Positions 20,167 through 29,580 of a DNA stretch of 64,000 bases are shown one piece after another. Below the pieces are notes generated by a model that saw nothing but the letters and a program-made list of their open reading frames with translations, made no database searches and was not told the DNA's origin. Both the position numbers and the translations under genes were made by a program. Origin of the DNA: an uncultured Gemmatimonadales bacterium (lineage in GTDB: Bacteria; Gemmatimonadota; Gemmatimonadetes; Gemmatimonadales; GWC2-71-9); NCBI GenBank assembly GCA_963825055.1, contig CAWGSK010000034.1, positions 32,001 to 96,000 of the forward strand, written 5' to 3'. Position 1 is the stretch's first letter, and each line of letters opens with the position of its first letter.

Positions 20167-21044
20167 CGGCCCGGCCCTCCAGGATCCGCTGTTCGATCGC
20201 GCGTCCCGCCCAGGCGGTGAGCGCCAGGATGGCGAAGGCCACCACGAACAGGAGCCACCCTTCACTCAGGTGCATGAAGCCCTTGCCCATCTCGGGGGAG
20301 ACGTTGTAGACCAGGAACCCCGTCAGGAACACGCGGAAGGCATTGATGAAAACCGCCACGGGAAGCGTGAGGACCAGGAGGAGCACGCGAGTGACGGGAT
20401 GGCGCAGCCAGAGCCCCCCGATCAGGACGCCCAGGGCCAGCAGGGCCGTCAGCGAGCGAAGGCCGCTGCATGCCTCGGTGACGAAGAGCGACTGGCCCGG
20501 CAGCAGGATGACATTGCCGGAGAGGTGCACCGGCACGTGCCGGAACTCGAGCAGCGCCGCGCCCATCGCCGACGCGCGCAGCTGCAGCGGGAACGCCAGC
20601 GCATTGGTCAGGACCGCCGGGATCGGGATCGAGAGCAGGATGAGCGTGAGCGGCAGCCACCAGTGCAGCAGCTGGCGCCATCCCCACACGAAACAGATGA
20701 TGCCCCCCAGTGCCAGCAGCATCGAGAAGCGCATCGTGAAGAGCTCGGCGGCCAGTCCGGACAGGTAGCGCAGCAGGATGGCACTGACCAGCAGCACGAT
20801 CCCCAGTGGCCCGGTTCGGCGTCGTCCCCGCGCGGATCCCGGCCCGCCACGCCAGCCAGATGGCGATGGGCGCGAGCAGGAGGCCGTGTCCGGCATCGGG
20901 ATCGTTCCACCAGTCCCGGCCGAGCAGGTAGAGCGGCTCGGCGAAGAGGAGCAGGAACGTGACCGCGGTCAGCAAGTGGGGCGCCAGGCCCCTGAAGCCT
21001 CGCGCCCCTCGTGACACGGCGATCGATTCGGCGTGCGTGGCCAC
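20159..21044 (-). pseudogene. xrt: Exosortase (EpsH family) with a +1 frameshift near 20810-20812, probably a sequencing error
   Basis: N-terminal half 'WWNDPDAGHGLL' and C-terminal half 'EACSGLRSL', 'NAFRV', 'FMHLSEGW' (Cys/Arg/His triad) are in different frames; span 886 nt = 3n+1. Confidence 0.85.
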
Positions 21045-21047
21045 GCG

Positions 21048-21794
21048 CTACCAGCCTCCCCGCCTGAAGAGCATCACCGGCACCGTCTTCAGCATGATCT
21101 TGACGTCCTCCCACACCGACCACCGCTCGATGTACTCGAGGTCGTAGCGAACCTTGTTGCGGACGTCGTCGAGGCAGGCATCATAGTGCTGGTTGATCTG
21201 GGCGAGGCCTGTAATGCCCGGCTTGGCCCGCTGGCGGAGCGCGTAGCCGTCCACGTCCACCCGGAGCTTCGCGAAGAGACTGGGTCGCTCCGGACGGGGG
21301 CCGACGATGTTCATGTCGCCGTTGACCACGTTGATCAGCTGGGGCAGCTCATCCAGCCGGTACTTCCGCAGCAGCCGCCCGATGAAAGTCACGCGAGGGT
21401 CCTCCTGCGTGGCCCAGACCGCGCCGGAAAGATGCTCGGCGTTCACGTGCATCGTGCGGAACTTGTAGATCGTGAAGATCTGCCCGCCCAGATCCTGGAT
21501 CCGGCGATGGTGGGGCACGCGTGCGGCACCACCCCGACGGTCAATGCCCACCCTGGTCTGGCTGTAGAATACCGGTCCCCGGCTGGTGACCTTGACCAGG
21601 ACGGCGACCAGCAGCATGAGCGGGGAGAGCAGGATCAGGGCCGTTAGCGCAAGCGTGACGTTGAGCGCCCGGGACAGGCGCTCGGCCCCGCCGCCGGCGT
21701 GGTCGGCCGGCGGCGCGTCCTCGACGAGGCGGAGGTTGTTTGGCTGTCTGGGCCGCATGGGCAGGGCCCGGGTTGGGCTGGTTGTCTGCGTCAT
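21048..21794 (-). CDS. Priming sugar transferase (bacterial sugar transferase domain)
   Basis: 'KFRTM', 'DPRVT.IGRLLRKYRLDELPQL.NV..GDMNIVGPRPE', 'PGITGLAQI'; ATG lies in a TAATG overlap. Confidence 0.92.
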   Translation of the reverse strand: MTQTTSPTRALPMRPRQPNNLRLVEDAPPADHAGGGAERLSRALNVTLALTALILLSPLMLLVAVLVKVTSRGPVFYSQTRVGIDRRGGAARVPHHRRIQDLGGQIFTIYKFRTMHVNAEHLSGAVWATQEDPRVTFIGRLLRKYRLDELPQLINVVNGDMNIVGPRPERPSLFAKLRVDVDGYALRQRAKPGITGLAQINQHYDACLDDVRNKVRYDLEYIERWSVWEDVKIMLKTVPVMLFRRGGW

Positions 21795-22628
21795 TACCAG
21801 ATACCGGCGAGACGTCCCAGGCCGTAGAAGCTCAGGATGAGGCCGGGGATGATCGCGAACGTCCGGAGGGTCTGCAGCCAGTTCTTGGGCGGGGTCTGCA
21901 CCAACCTCGAACTCATCGCCGGGGCGGAGGTTCAGCTGGTCCGGCGTCCTCGCCTCCTCAATGGCCCGGGAAATCTCCTTGCCTTCCCAGATCTCCTGTC
22001 CACTCCGGCGGATCTTGGACTTGTCATAGTCCACTGCCCCGGTCGGACCTCCGGCCTGCATGATCACCTCGGGCAGCGGCAGGTCGGCCGGAACCTGGTA
22101 GAAGCCGGGATTACCGATGCCACCCATCATGGACAGCCGGATCAGCGGTGTCACCTGGACGGTCTGGTCCCGGAAGAGGTGGCTCATCTGGTCGGCGATG
22201 TACTGCCGAGCCTCGGAGCGGATCACACCGTGCATCGAGATCTCGGGGAGGCCGGGCAGCTGGAGGATCTGACCCGGCGCGATCGTAAAAATGCCATTGA
22301 CGGGCGCGTCCCCGGGGGTGACCGGCACCGACATCACAATCTGGATCTGGTCACCGTTGCGGAAATCGCCATCCTGGAGACGTTCCTCCAGTATGGTGAC
22401 TTCCTGCTTCTTCTGGTTGCGGAGATCGTCCGAATAGGCCCGGGAGCTGACGATCCGCTGCGCTTCCTCAAGCGAGGCCTGCAATTCCGCCCGGGTCGCC
22501 ATGGCGCGCCTCCCGCCGCCCGGCTCCTGCGCCTTGGCGGTGGCCGGAGCCACAAGCAGGACGAGCGCGAACAGGACGGCAAGGCGTCCGGCCACCGTGC
22601 GGGTAGATCGAAGGTGTGCTTGGGTCAT
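21794..22628 (-). CDS. SLBB-domain polysaccharide export (Wza-like) protein with a +1 frameshift near 21903
   Basis: Signal peptide; 'LQDGDFRNGDQI', 'GGIGNPGFY..QAGG', 'LRPGDE'. The alternate frame gives a hydrophobic C-terminal helix ...WLQTLRTFAIIPGLILSFYGLGRLAGIW* ending in TAATG. Confidence 0.8.
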
Positions 22629-23153
22629 GGGCTCCCTGAGCGCATGGTGCGTGCTTGGAATGGGGCCTGCTCCGCATATCGTGTTGCGGATCTAAGTTGC
22701 CAAAGTACAGACATTTAGCAAAAATACCAGCCGACAGGCGGTCGTTCAGTGATGCGCGTTGTTGCAACCGCTGGACAGCACCTGAAGGGAGCCTGCCACA
22801 TGATGCACCCTTCCCTGACCTCACATCCGGCTGTGACAACGCCAATGGGCACCCGTCACAATCAGTTTCCCGCGCTTATGGACGGCGCTCCACGCGAGGA
22901 TCGGGCCACTGTCACAACTTGTGCAGTGATTTGCACCTGATGGCCTAACTGCAGTCGCTAGAGGGATTTCCGGGACGAAAGTGTGGCACTTGCGCGGCGG
23001 CGTTGCGCGATCTCCCGGCTGCCTTGCCACATAAAGTGCTGGCACCAAACAGTTTGACTATTTTCAGCCTGACTGCACGACTCCTGCAGTACACTGGGTG
23101 AACTCCTCAGATAGTCCAATCTCTCTGTCGCCTGACCATACCCCCGAGAGGCC

Positions 23154-24110
23154 ATGAGCGATCGCGAGAAAACTGCCCGACCCCCACTCGTGCTGATTGC
23201 GAGCGACCAGGAATGGTCCGCCCGGTCCATCGAGACCATCCTCGCGCCGAACGGGTACGCCGTGCTGCGAGCGTACACCGGCGCACAGGCGCTCGAGCGC
23301 GCGGGGGCGGCACAGCCCGACCTGGTCATCGTCGATGCCCACCTGCCGGATGACAACGGCATCGAATTGTGCCGGCAGCTGCGCGCCGATGACCGCATCG
23401 GCGACAGTGTGCCGATCATCGTGACCACCTCAGGCCCGTCCGGGCGCGCCCAGCGGCTCGATGCCTACCGCGCAGGTGCCTGGGAGTTCCTGGGCCAGCC
23501 GCTGGACGGCGAGGCCCTCCTGCTCAAGCTGGATCAGTTCATCCGCTCCAAATTCGCCATGGACCGCATCCGCGACGAGAGCCTCATCGATGAGATGACC
23601 GGCCTCTATAACATGCGTGGCCTCGCCAAGCGGGCCCGCGAGATCGGTTCGGAGGCCTGGCGGCGCCAGGGCGCGCTCGCCTGCGTGGCCTTCTCGCCCG
23701 AACCGGGCAACATATCCATCGATTCCGCGGATGACGATACGGCTCGCCAGGTGGCCCGCTGGGTCGGAGAGGTCATACGGGCTTCCGGCCGGACGTCAGA
23801 CGCGATCGGCCGCCTCGGCCGGGCCGAGTTTGCGGTGATCGCGCCGTTCACGGAATCCGAGGGTGCGGTGCGCCTCATGCGCCGGCTGGGCGAGTCCATC
23901 GAGGGCCGCCCGATCGACCTGGGCGCCGATGACCCGACGTCCCTCAGGATCCGGGCCGGCTATGCAGCCGTCCCCGACTTCCGGGAGTCCTCGGTGGATG
24001 CGGTGGAGATGCTCCTGAGAGCGACAACCGCCCTCCGCCACCTCAAGAGCGAGGGCAACGGAGAGCGGATCAAGTCGTGGGACCAGGTGCCGGTCAGGCC
24101 TTCGAACTGA
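23154..24110 (+). CDS. Receiver domain plus degenerate GGDEF domain protein
   Basis: 'PDLVIVDAHLPD..GIELCRQLR'; 'DEMTGLYN.RG'; 'GRLGRAEF'. Confidence 0.85.
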   Translation: MSDREKTARPPLVLIASDQEWSARSIETILAPNGYAVLRAYTGAQALERAGAAQPDLVIVDAHLPDDNGIELCRQLRADDRIGDSVPIIVTTSGPSGRAQRLDAYRAGAWEFLGQPLDGEALLLKLDQFIRSKFAMDRIRDESLIDEMTGLYNMRGLAKRAREIGSEAWRRQGALACVAFSPEPGNISIDSADDDTARQVARWVGEVIRASGRTSDAIGRLGRAEFAVIAPFTESEGAVRLMRRLGESIEGRPIDLGADDPTSLRIRAGYAAVPDFRESSVDAVEMLLRATTALRHLKSEGNGERIKSWDQVPVRPSN

Positions 24111-26493
24111 CCTCTGCGGACTCGGCGGCCAGTCGGCCCGTCGCTTCCTCGTCCGCCGAATACCCATACAGGTACGAGTAGTAGCGGTAGACCCCCTCGG
24201 TGCGGATGTCGTTGAGCACCGCGCCAAGGACCCGCACGGGCAGCCGGTCGAGGAGCTTGAGCTTCGCCTCGGCCATCGCGCGGTCCGTCTCGCCGGAGCG
24301 GAATACCATCAGCATGTGGCCGGTGGCAGTGCCCAGCACGAACGGGTCGATGCCGGCGCCCAGGGGCGGACTGTCCACGATCACGACGTTGAACTGCGTC
24401 TTGACCGCGCCCATGAGGCTGCTCATCGCTGCCGAGCCCAGCAGCTCCGGACCCTGCTGGCGGCGGGTGCCGCACGGGATCACGCTCAGGCCGTCATGGC
24501 TCGCCACCTTGATGATGGATTCCATGCTCGCATCGCCCACCAGATAGTCCAGCAGCCCCGGACGGCGGTCCAGGCTGAACATGCGGTGCAGTTCGCCCCG
24601 GCGGGTGTCGCCGTCGACCAGGAGCGTCTTGTAGCCCGCCTCCGCGAACGAAAGCGCAAGGTTGGACGAGACGAGCGACTTGCCGTCACCCGGGCCGGGG
24701 CTCGAGACGGTCAGGAGCACCGGGCCCGCCGAGCCGTAACTGTGCGCAAGATTGAGGCGGATCGTGCGGAATGCCTCGACCACCTGGGCGGCCTCATCGG
24801 TGCTGAGCTGCCGCCCGTTCGACTTCCGGATGGCCGGCACGGCTCCGAGGATGCTCAGCCCCAGCTCCTTGGTGACCTGCTCGGGATAGCGGAATCGCTT
24901 GTCGAGCTGGTCGAGCAGGAGGGCCAGGGCCAGGGCGGCGCCCAGGCTGGCGGCGAACGCCATCAGGATGATGCGCGGCGCGGTGTTGCTGGTCGGCCGA
25001 CGCGGGGGTACGGCCACGTCCAGGATGCTGATGTCGGCGAAGGCACTGGCCTCGGCCAGCCGGTTGGTCTCGTAGCGGGACTGAATGTCGGCGAAGAGGT
25101 TCGCCTTGGCGCCCACCTCGCGCTGCAGTCGGTTTTCCTCGATGGTCCGCGCGGGGATCTCCCGGAGCTCGGTGCTCTGCGCGCTGATGTCCTGCTGCAG
25201 CTCACGCTCCCGGCTCTGCAGCTCGGTCACGAGGGCCGAGGCATACCGTGGGATCGTCTGCGTCCGGAGGGAATCCATCCGCTCGCGCACGTCCTGCACC
25301 GGCTTGTGCTCATCGGTGTAGCGGTAGCGCAGTGCCCGCAACTCGGCCTCGCTCGCGGACAGCTCCTGCAGGGCCGCGTTCAGGTTGGGCGAGTTCTGGG
25401 CGGCCCCGATCGTCTGGAAGGCCTCGACCGAGACGTCACCGTTGCGCGCCCGGCCGATAGTGGCCTGCAGCGCCGCGCGGTCACGCTTGAGCTGCTCGAG
25501 CGCCACCTTCTTCTGGAAGAAGTCCGTGATGGCCGGTGCCTGGGTGGACTGGATGCCCGGCGCAACCGCGAAGCCCTGCTCCGAGGGAAGGGTGATGACC
25601 TGCGTCCGGAAGTTCTGGAGCCGGGACTCCGCCGAGGCAAGCTGCGCGGCGGCGGTATCGAGCTGCTCCTTCAGGATCCGGGACATCTCGGTCAGCTTGG
25701 CCCGCTTGAGGTCGGCCGCCAGCTGGACGAACTGGGTATCGATCGCGTTCAGCGTCCGGGAGAGGCGCCGCGGGTTGGTTCCCGACAGCGAGACCCGGAG
25801 GAAGTTGCTTTCCTCCGGCATGCTCGTGTTCAGGTTCTGCTGGAGGTCGACCGAGGCATCCCGCGGGGTCGTGATGTCGAACTTGATCTCGCGGTCCTGT
25901 CCGAGCTGGGCCGCCGCCGGCTGCCACTGAAAGCCCACCGGGCGCCCGATGGAATCGCCCACGGCTCCGGCGTCCACCGGCTGGCCGTCCTCGTCCAGCA
26001 GGGTGTACTGCCGGCCCCCGCCGGAGATCACCAGCTTGTAGCCGCCCGGCACCAGGTTCTCCGCCACCCGCATGCCCCGGAAGAGCGGCGCGTCGTCCGG
26101 GCTGTCGGGCGTAGCGAAGAGTGCTTCCCGCTGGACGACGCTGTCAATGACCGCAAAGCTGCGGAGGAGCTCGATCCAGCCGAAGCCGCCGACGAGGCTG
26201 GCAGGCCGGATCGGGCCGTTCTTGCCGCCCCCGCCGTCAATGGTGAGGGTGGTACGGGTGACGTATTCCGGGTCAATGAAACGGGTGATTGCGACGCCTA
26301 TCGCGGTTCCCACCAGCGTGATCAGGAGAATGAGCCACTTGTAGCGGGCAAGCGCGGACAGGTAGCGGCTCCACTGGATCCCGTCCGACGATTCCACCGG
26401 GGCAGGCGGATAGGCCCCCCCATGCTGGAGCGCCGCCGCATTATGGGCGTCGACCGTGGTCGGGGAAGAAGAAGGAACGAGATTGCCGGCCAT
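24094..26493 (-). CDS. wzc: Polysaccharide co-polymerase / tyrosine autokinase
   Basis: Wzz-like N-terminus, coiled coil, Walker A 'SPGPGDGKS', 'DSPP', Tyr cluster 'YRYYSYLYGY'. Confidence 0.93.
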   Translation of the reverse strand: MAGNLVPSSSPTTVDAHNAAALQHGGAYPPAPVESSDGIQWSRYLSALARYKWLILLITLVGTAIGVAITRFIDPEYVTRTTLTIDGGGGKNGPIRPASLVGGFGWIELLRSFAVIDSVVQREALFATPDSPDDAPLFRGMRVAENLVPGGYKLVISGGGRQYTLLDEDGQPVDAGAVGDSIGRPVGFQWQPAAAQLGQDREIKFDITTPRDASVDLQQNLNTSMPEESNFLRVSLSGTNPRRLSRTLNAIDTQFVQLAADLKRAKLTEMSRILKEQLDTAAAQLASAESRLQNFRTQVITLPSEQGFAVAPGIQSTQAPAITDFFQKKVALEQLKRDRAALQATIGRARNGDVSVEAFQTIGAAQNSPNLNAALQELSASEAELRALRYRYTDEHKPVQDVRERMDSLRTQTIPRYASALVTELQSRERELQQDISAQSTELREIPARTIEENRLQREVGAKANLFADIQSRYETNRLAEASAFADISILDVAVPPRRPTSNTAPRIILMAFAASLGAALALALLLDQLDKRFRYPEQVTKELGLSILGAVPAIRKSNGRQLSTDEAAQVVEAFRTIRLNLAHSYGSAGPVLLTVSSPGPGDGKSLVSSNLALSFAEAGYKTLLVDGDTRRGELHRMFSLDRRPGLLDYLVGDASMESIIKVASHDGLSVIPCGTRRQQGPELLGSAAMSSLMGAVKTQFNVVIVDSPPLGAGIDPFVLGTATGHMLMVFRSGETDRAMAEAKLKLLDRLPVRVLGAVLNDIRTEGVYRYYSYLYGYSADEEATGRLAAESAEVSSKA

Positions 26494-26688
26494 GCACGAT
26501 TCTCCGGATTACGGGGTCCCGCCGTACAGCTAGTATGGAATGGCTGCCAAACGATACGCAAAGGCGATACCGCCGGGTCCATCCCGGCCAAAGTCAGGCA
26601 ATGGCCCGACTTTCGCCATCATGAATTTCAAAGCTAACGACGATTCCGCACCGCGACATGATTCATGTTGTCGCGCGGACGCACCTTA

Positions 26689-26706
26689 TGTTGCTGCAAC
26701 GCAACA
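26689..26706. promoter_or_regulatory. Inverted repeat TGTTGC-N6-GCAACA, candidate transcription factor site
   Basis: Perfect 6-bp arms in the divergent wzc/activator intergenic region. Confidence 0.45.
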
Positions 26707-26892
26707 GCCAATGTTGGGCCAATCAAACGATTTTGCTTGACTTGCGCCTCATAGTGTGGTATTTCGGAAACTGCTCGGTATTTGCAGGAAGTACCGGAGA
26801 GGTCGCCCGACGGCGGCCTGATCTTCCGGGGATTCCCCGGCCGCCGGCCCTGAGGGGCCAGCCTACTGCCGTTTGTTGCAAGGAGACTTTCG

Positions 26893-28419
26893 ATGGGTTC
26901 CTCGCTCGCCTCTTCCACGGGGCGCACCGAACGAGACGACGACGGCCAGGCCAGTCGCGATCCGCTCGCCATCCCGACCGAGGTGAAGGCCAGTATCCGG
27001 ATCCTGGTGGTGGACGATGAGCGCACCCTGCGGGAGAGCTGCGCCAGCGTCCTCCAGATGGACGGCTACAATGTCACGCTGATCGGGCGCGGCGAGGAGG
27101 CCATGGATGCGGTGAAGCGGCGGAAGTTCGACATCATCCTGGTCGACCTTTACATGTCGCAGTGCTCCGGCATGGACATCCTCCGCGCGGCCCTCGGGGC
27201 GAACAAGGACACCATCGTCGTCGTGATGACGGGGAACCCGAGCGTCAGCAGCAGCATCGAGGCGCTCCGGGCCGGGGCCTGGGACTACCTGCCCAAGCCG
27301 TTCTCCGCCACGCACCTCCAGGTGCTGATCGGCCGGGCATCCCATGCGGTGATGGTGGCGCGCGAAACGCAGGACCTCCGCCTCCAGCTCATGAAGAAGC
27401 ACGGCCACAGCGAGAGCGTGGCGCTGATCGGTATCTCGCCCCTCTTCCGCAAGGCCGTAGAGCTCGCGCGGAAGGTGGCGCCGACCGATGCCTCCGTCAT
27501 GATCAGCGGTGAGAGCGGTACCGGCAAGGAGCTCATCGCCCAGTTCATCCACCAGAACTCCCGGCGCGCCAGCCGGACTCTGGTGCCCATCAACTGTGCT
27601 GCCCTCCCCGAGCCGCTGCTCGAGTCCGAGATGTTCGGCCACCGGAAGGGCGCCTTCACCGGGGCCGACCGGGAGAAACCGGGCCTCCTGGAGACGGCCA
27701 ACGGCGGGACCCTCTTCCTGGACGAGCTGACCGAGATGAGCCTGCCCCTCCAGGCGAAGCTCCTGCGGGTCCTGCAGGACGGCGTGGTCCGCCGGGTGGG
27801 CAGCGAGCAGCAGGACGCCGTGGTGGACGTGCGGTTCGTATCCGCTACCAACCGCGATCCGCAGGAGTCGGTGAACGAGGGTGTTCTCCGGAACGACCTC
27901 TTCTATCGCCTGCAGGTGGTGCCGATCAAGCTCCCGCCGCTGCGCAAGCGCCAGGAGGACATCCCGCTGCTGGCGAATCACTTCCTCACGTATTACTGGC
28001 AGCGCCACCGGCAGATGGGCGATCGCGCCCCACGGCTCTCCGAGGGGAGCATCAGCTTCCTCCGGTCCCGGCCCTGGCGCGGGAACGTCCGCGAGCTCCA
28101 GAACGTGATCGAGCACGTTGCGGTCCTGGCCGAGCCGGACCAGACCATCGAGCCAAACGACATTCCGCTCTATGACGAGTCGGACAGCATCCCGACGGAC
28201 AGCGGCCTGCCTGCGGGGGTGATGGACGAGGCCTATCATCCGGCCAAGGACCGCGTGGTCGCGCAGTTCGAGCGGGAGTATCTTACCCGGCTGCTCGGGC
28301 GGGCCGGCGGCAACATGTCAAAGGCCGCGCGGCTGGCCAGCATTGACCGCACGACCCTCTACCGGCTCATGGACAAGCACAAGTTCGAACGCGACTCGAT
28401 CACGGGCAGTTCTGCGTGA
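26893..28419 (+). CDS. Sigma-54-dependent response regulator (NtrC family)
   Basis: Receiver domain, 'GESGTGKE', 'GAFTGA', 'LFLDE', 'WRGNVREL', Fis-type HTH. Confidence 0.95.
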   Translation: MGSSLASSTGRTERDDDGQASRDPLAIPTEVKASIRILVVDDERTLRESCASVLQMDGYNVTLIGRGEEAMDAVKRRKFDIILVDLYMSQCSGMDILRAALGANKDTIVVVMTGNPSVSSSIEALRAGAWDYLPKPFSATHLQVLIGRASHAVMVARETQDLRLQLMKKHGHSESVALIGISPLFRKAVELARKVAPTDASVMISGESGTGKELIAQFIHQNSRRASRTLVPINCAALPEPLLESEMFGHRKGAFTGADREKPGLLETANGGTLFLDELTEMSLPLQAKLLRVLQDGVVRRVGSEQQDAVVDVRFVSATNRDPQESVNEGVLRNDLFYRLQVVPIKLPPLRKRQEDIPLLANHFLTYYWQRHRQMGDRAPRLSEGSISFLRSRPWRGNVRELQNVIEHVAVLAEPDQTIEPNDIPLYDESDSIPTDSGLPAGVMDEAYHPAKDRVVAQFEREYLTRLLGRAGGNMSKAARLASIDRTTLYRLMDKHKFERDSITGSSA

Positions 28420-29573
28420 GACGGGACTTCCCCGCGGGGCCCGCCGCCGACGAGCGGACGCGTCCTGCGGGGCGGCGGCCTCCGGAGTCTCCGCGTCTGG
28501 TCCGTCCTCCCCCTGGTCCCGGCGGGGCCGCATTGGCCGAAGTGGTCAATCGGGCCGTCCTGCACGTGCAGGCGGAGTGGCCGATGGTCGAGTCCTCGGA
28601 GCAGATGGCCGAGGATGTCATGCTGCACGCGGGCGTCGTGGGCGAGGCCATCCGCCAGGCCCTCGCCGGTGGGGAGCCGGACCTGGGGGAGGTCACGCGG
28701 CCGCCGCTCGCGCGCCGGCTGGTCGAGCGAATCCGGTCGCGGACCGTCGAACTCCTGAGCCGGCAGCCGGATCCACCAGAGGCCGTGGCGCTGCTCGCGC
28801 TGTTCGCGGCGATGGACCGCGTCATGCTCGCGCTCTCGCCGGAATGGGACCAGGTCTTCGCCGACCGGCTTGCGGGCCCCAGCGGCCTGGAACTGGTGGT
28901 CGAGGTGGCCCATGACATCCGCTCCCCGCTCACCTCGATTCTCTTCCTGGCCGAGACCATCCAGCGGGGCCGGAGCGGCCCGTTGACCGAGATCCAGGAG
29001 CGGCAGATCGGGCTGATGTACAGCGCCGCGTTCGGCCTGAGCGCCATGGCGAGCGACGTCATCGAGCTCGCCCGCGGCGGCGACCGCCTGATCGACCTCG
29101 ACCCGATCCCGTTCTCCGTCACGGACATCCTGGAATCGGTGAAGGACATCATCCTTCCCATCGCGGAGGAGAAGGGCCTGACGGTCCGGCTGGCGCCGCC
29201 CGAGTCCGACTTCCGGATCGGGCACCCCGTAGCGCTCTCCCGGGTGCTGCTCAACCTCACGACCAACTCGCTCAAGTTCACCGACGAGGGCTACGTGGAA
29301 GTCGTCGCGCGCCAGACCACGCGCACCGCCATCGAGTTCTCTGTCCGGGACACGGGGCGGGGCATTCCTGAGAATGCCATGCGCACGCTGTTCGAACCGT
29401 TCCGCCGCCGGCAGAAGGAGGGCGAGTACCGCTTCAGCGGTGCCGGGCTCGGCCTGTCCATCTGCCGGAAGCTGGTGGAGACCATGGGGTCGGAGCTCCG
29501 CGTGGAGACCGCGCCCAACGCCGGTACCCGGTTCTTCTTCGAGCTGGAACTGCCCCTCGCCTCCCAGCTGTAG
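28416..29573 (+). CDS. Soluble sensor histidine kinase
   Basis: 'AHDIRSPL', 'NLTTNSLKF', 'DTGRGI', 'GAGLGL'; no clear TM segment. Confidence 0.92.
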   Translation: MRRDFPAGPAADERTRPAGRRPPESPRLVRPPPGPGGAALAEVVNRAVLHVQAEWPMVESSEQMAEDVMLHAGVVGEAIRQALAGGEPDLGEVTRPPLARRLVERIRSRTVELLSRQPDPPEAVALLALFAAMDRVMLALSPEWDQVFADRLAGPSGLELVVEVAHDIRSPLTSILFLAETIQRGRSGPLTEIQERQIGLMYSAAFGLSAMASDVIELARGGDRLIDLDPIPFSVTDILESVKDIILPIAEEKGLTVRLAPPESDFRIGHPVALSRVLLNLTTNSLKFTDEGYVEVVARQTTRTAIEFSVRDTGRGIPENAMRTLFEPFRRRQKEGEYRFSGAGLGLSICRKLVETMGSELRVETAPNAGTRFFFELELPLASQL

Positions 29574-29580
29574 GCGCGCC

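Noticed and set aside
21048..22628. Novel SLBB-priming glycosyltransferase fusion
   Set aside because: Better explained by a +1 frameshift; the alternate frame gives a proper C-terminus and a TAATG junction.
26535..26550. Sigma-54 promoter for wzc (minus TTGGCAGCCATTCCAT)
   Set aside because: No GC at the -12 position.
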